This document shows positions 62,270 through 64,000 of a stretch of 64,000 nucleotides of DNA, one piece after another. The stretch's first letter is position 1. Each line of letters opens with the position of its first letter. The DNA is from Squalus acanthias (lineage: Eukaryota). The position numbers and the translations under genes are program-made. The stretch lies in contig CM059444.1 in assembly GCA_030390025.1 (NCBI GenBank), positions 32,612,001-32,676,000 of the forward strand. The letters are read 5' to 3'. A model generated the notes under the pieces. That model did no database searches. It was not told the DNA's origin and worked only from the letters and a program-made list of their open reading frames with translations.

Positions 62270-62455
62270 TCCAACTCCTCCCCCCACCGAGTTACTGTCT
62301 AACCGCCACCCCCCTCCCCCCGCGCAACATCTCCCCCCCCCCCCAAGGTACTTTTCTTACCCCTTCCCCTCTCTCACTGCTGCCTTCCCCCATCCCCTGC
62401 TCATCTCCCTTCTATTCACCCCCCCTCCCCCATCCTTACCTGCTTCTTTTCCAGC
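62270..62455. repeat. C-rich low-complexity tract (G-rich on the transcribed minus strand)
   Basis: Multiple runs of 4 or more C, e.g. ctccccccccccccaagg and caccccccctccccc. Confidence 0.8.
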
Positions 62456-62738
62456 CTTGAATTGCAGTTCCAAGACGACCCCGTGGGGGCAGAGCCTCCA
62501 CCCACCCCAAACTTCACTAACTTAATTTTGCTTTTGAATTTATAGAAAATATTAATGAATCAATTTCCACCCTCTGTTGAAGACAGTAATGATTCAAAAA
62601 ATTAATTGTTTTAATTGTGAAGGACAGATGTCGAATAGAGTAAATTATTTATCCATTATCAACTTAATAATAAAGTTCAGTCACTTAAGATTTCCGTCAT
62701 ATCTTTTACAAATAAACAAACATTCTTTAACATATTTT

Positions 62739-62755
62739 GCTGCCATCTGCTGGCG
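62739..62755 (-). promoter_or_regulatory. CTCF-like motif
   Basis: Minus strand CGCCAGCAGATGGCAGC fits the CCASYAGRKGGCRS consensus. Confidence 0.45.
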
Positions 62756-64000
62756 AACCTTGAAGGAAACAAAACACACAAAAGTCCTCAAAGATGTTGA
62801 GTAAGTTAGGGTAGGAAACGTTGCTCACCTGTAAACACACCTGCCACGCATGTTCTACATGTTTCTGGTTCACTTAAAAAGTGTCCTTTTTTTAAAATGT
62901 TATTTTACCCAAGCCCATCTCTGGACTTCCTACTGAAATGTAAACTGGCAAAATATTAAACAGTGGCCCAACTGATCTTTGTTTATTAAATCCTTTTCTG
63001 GATTTGTTCAGAGATGTACATTTTGTTTCCCCAAGAATATTACATTTTGAGAATAATAATGTGCATTTTTAATTCATATTAATAGTGTATCTATAAATTT
63101 GAATCTTCTATTAATGAAAACATTGAGCACTGAACAAATATAAAAAGGATCAGTCCATAAAGTTTAGTTGAGTAGCCATGACTGTGAACATTAGAACAGA
63201 AATCCTTCTTGACCATCCGCTTTAGTCCTCAAAGTATCTACGAATATTACAAAATTAATGGGAATGTTAACGAAGAGAATTCCCTGTAACAATGAAGATT
63301 ATTACATTGGAATGTGTATTCAAAAAAAGGAATAGGGTGGGGGTTTTGAAGAGTCTAAATTGGTGATTAGATTATTTCTACCCTCTAGAGTTAGTATACA
63401 GTGGAGTTTGCATTAAAAATCCTAATAGGAGTGTTTTGTGACAGGTGTTCTAACTGGTCTTAGTGGCATTTTCTCCAGCTCCCTCTGCACCTTATCACAA
63501 CTCCACAGCTAAGACGGTGGGTAGATGACCTGTTCCCAACTTTATCTAACAGAACGAATCTCTGTATCAATAGGAGTAAAACTAATCTTCAACACTGCAT
63601 TGCCATTAACCGTAATTTTCACCAACAAGAACTACAACACAATAATAAAATGTAGCCCCAAATTCATGAGGAGCAGTCACTAAAGAAGTTTAAATTATAT
63701 GATTTGGATGCTAGGAAGCAGATTTAGTGTTGGCACAAGGAGAATCTATGCAGCAGGACCATTACGGTTTTGATGATGTAGCCCTGTGAATAAATATACA
63801 CTTAATATTCCATTTATACTCCACAACCACTTTTATTTCAAGCAGGTTAGCTCCCAGTGTACTGAATTTGTACCATTTACACTGTCTAATAAAAACGGTA
63901 CTTACACTATTCCTTCCCCCACAGCCTCAAAAAACCATCATCTCAGCTTCTCCAATGACAATCATATTTTCTCATTTATATTGCAGCACTGCTGCCGACA

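Noticed and set aside
1-64000. The many remaining 60-130-aa ORFs in the six-frame track
   Set aside because: They have no recognisable domains, many start at non-ATG codons, and they fall in intron or repeat sequence.

Overview
Eukaryotic, vertebrate DNA. The repeat content (CR1/L2 LINEs, Deu-domain SINEs, Penelope elements, many PIF/Harbinger elements) points to a cartilaginous fish such as a shark. The whole window lies inside one minus-strand gene, receptor-type protein tyrosine phosphatase gamma (PTPRG). Four canonical exons can be read with matching GT-AG sites and phases: the large Ser/Thr/Glu-rich spacer exon (59194-59962), the transmembrane exon (44896-45034) and two 92-nt juxtamembrane/wedge exons (21826-21917, 7056-7147). 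These correspond to human exons 12, 13, 15 and 16 (numbering recalled, not looked up). The rest is intron. The most notable observations are: (1) two independent Penelope insertions built as long fold-back palindromes, each with target-site duplications, a 33-36-nt one-sided tail and minimal hammerhead ribozymes on both strands; (2) a candidate 24-nt in-frame microexon (GTVLCNST) just before the TM exon that would add a free Cys and an N-glycosylation sequon; (3) other candidate alternative or terminal exons and a stop codon immediately after the spacer exon (possible secreted form); (4) several PIF/Harbinger derivatives carrying Myb/SANT or transposase remnants; (5) RFX X-box and CTCF-like motifs in unique intronic DNA. 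There are no prokaryotic features, CRISPR arrays, rRNA or tRNA genes. All family assignments are from recalled motifs; no searches were run.
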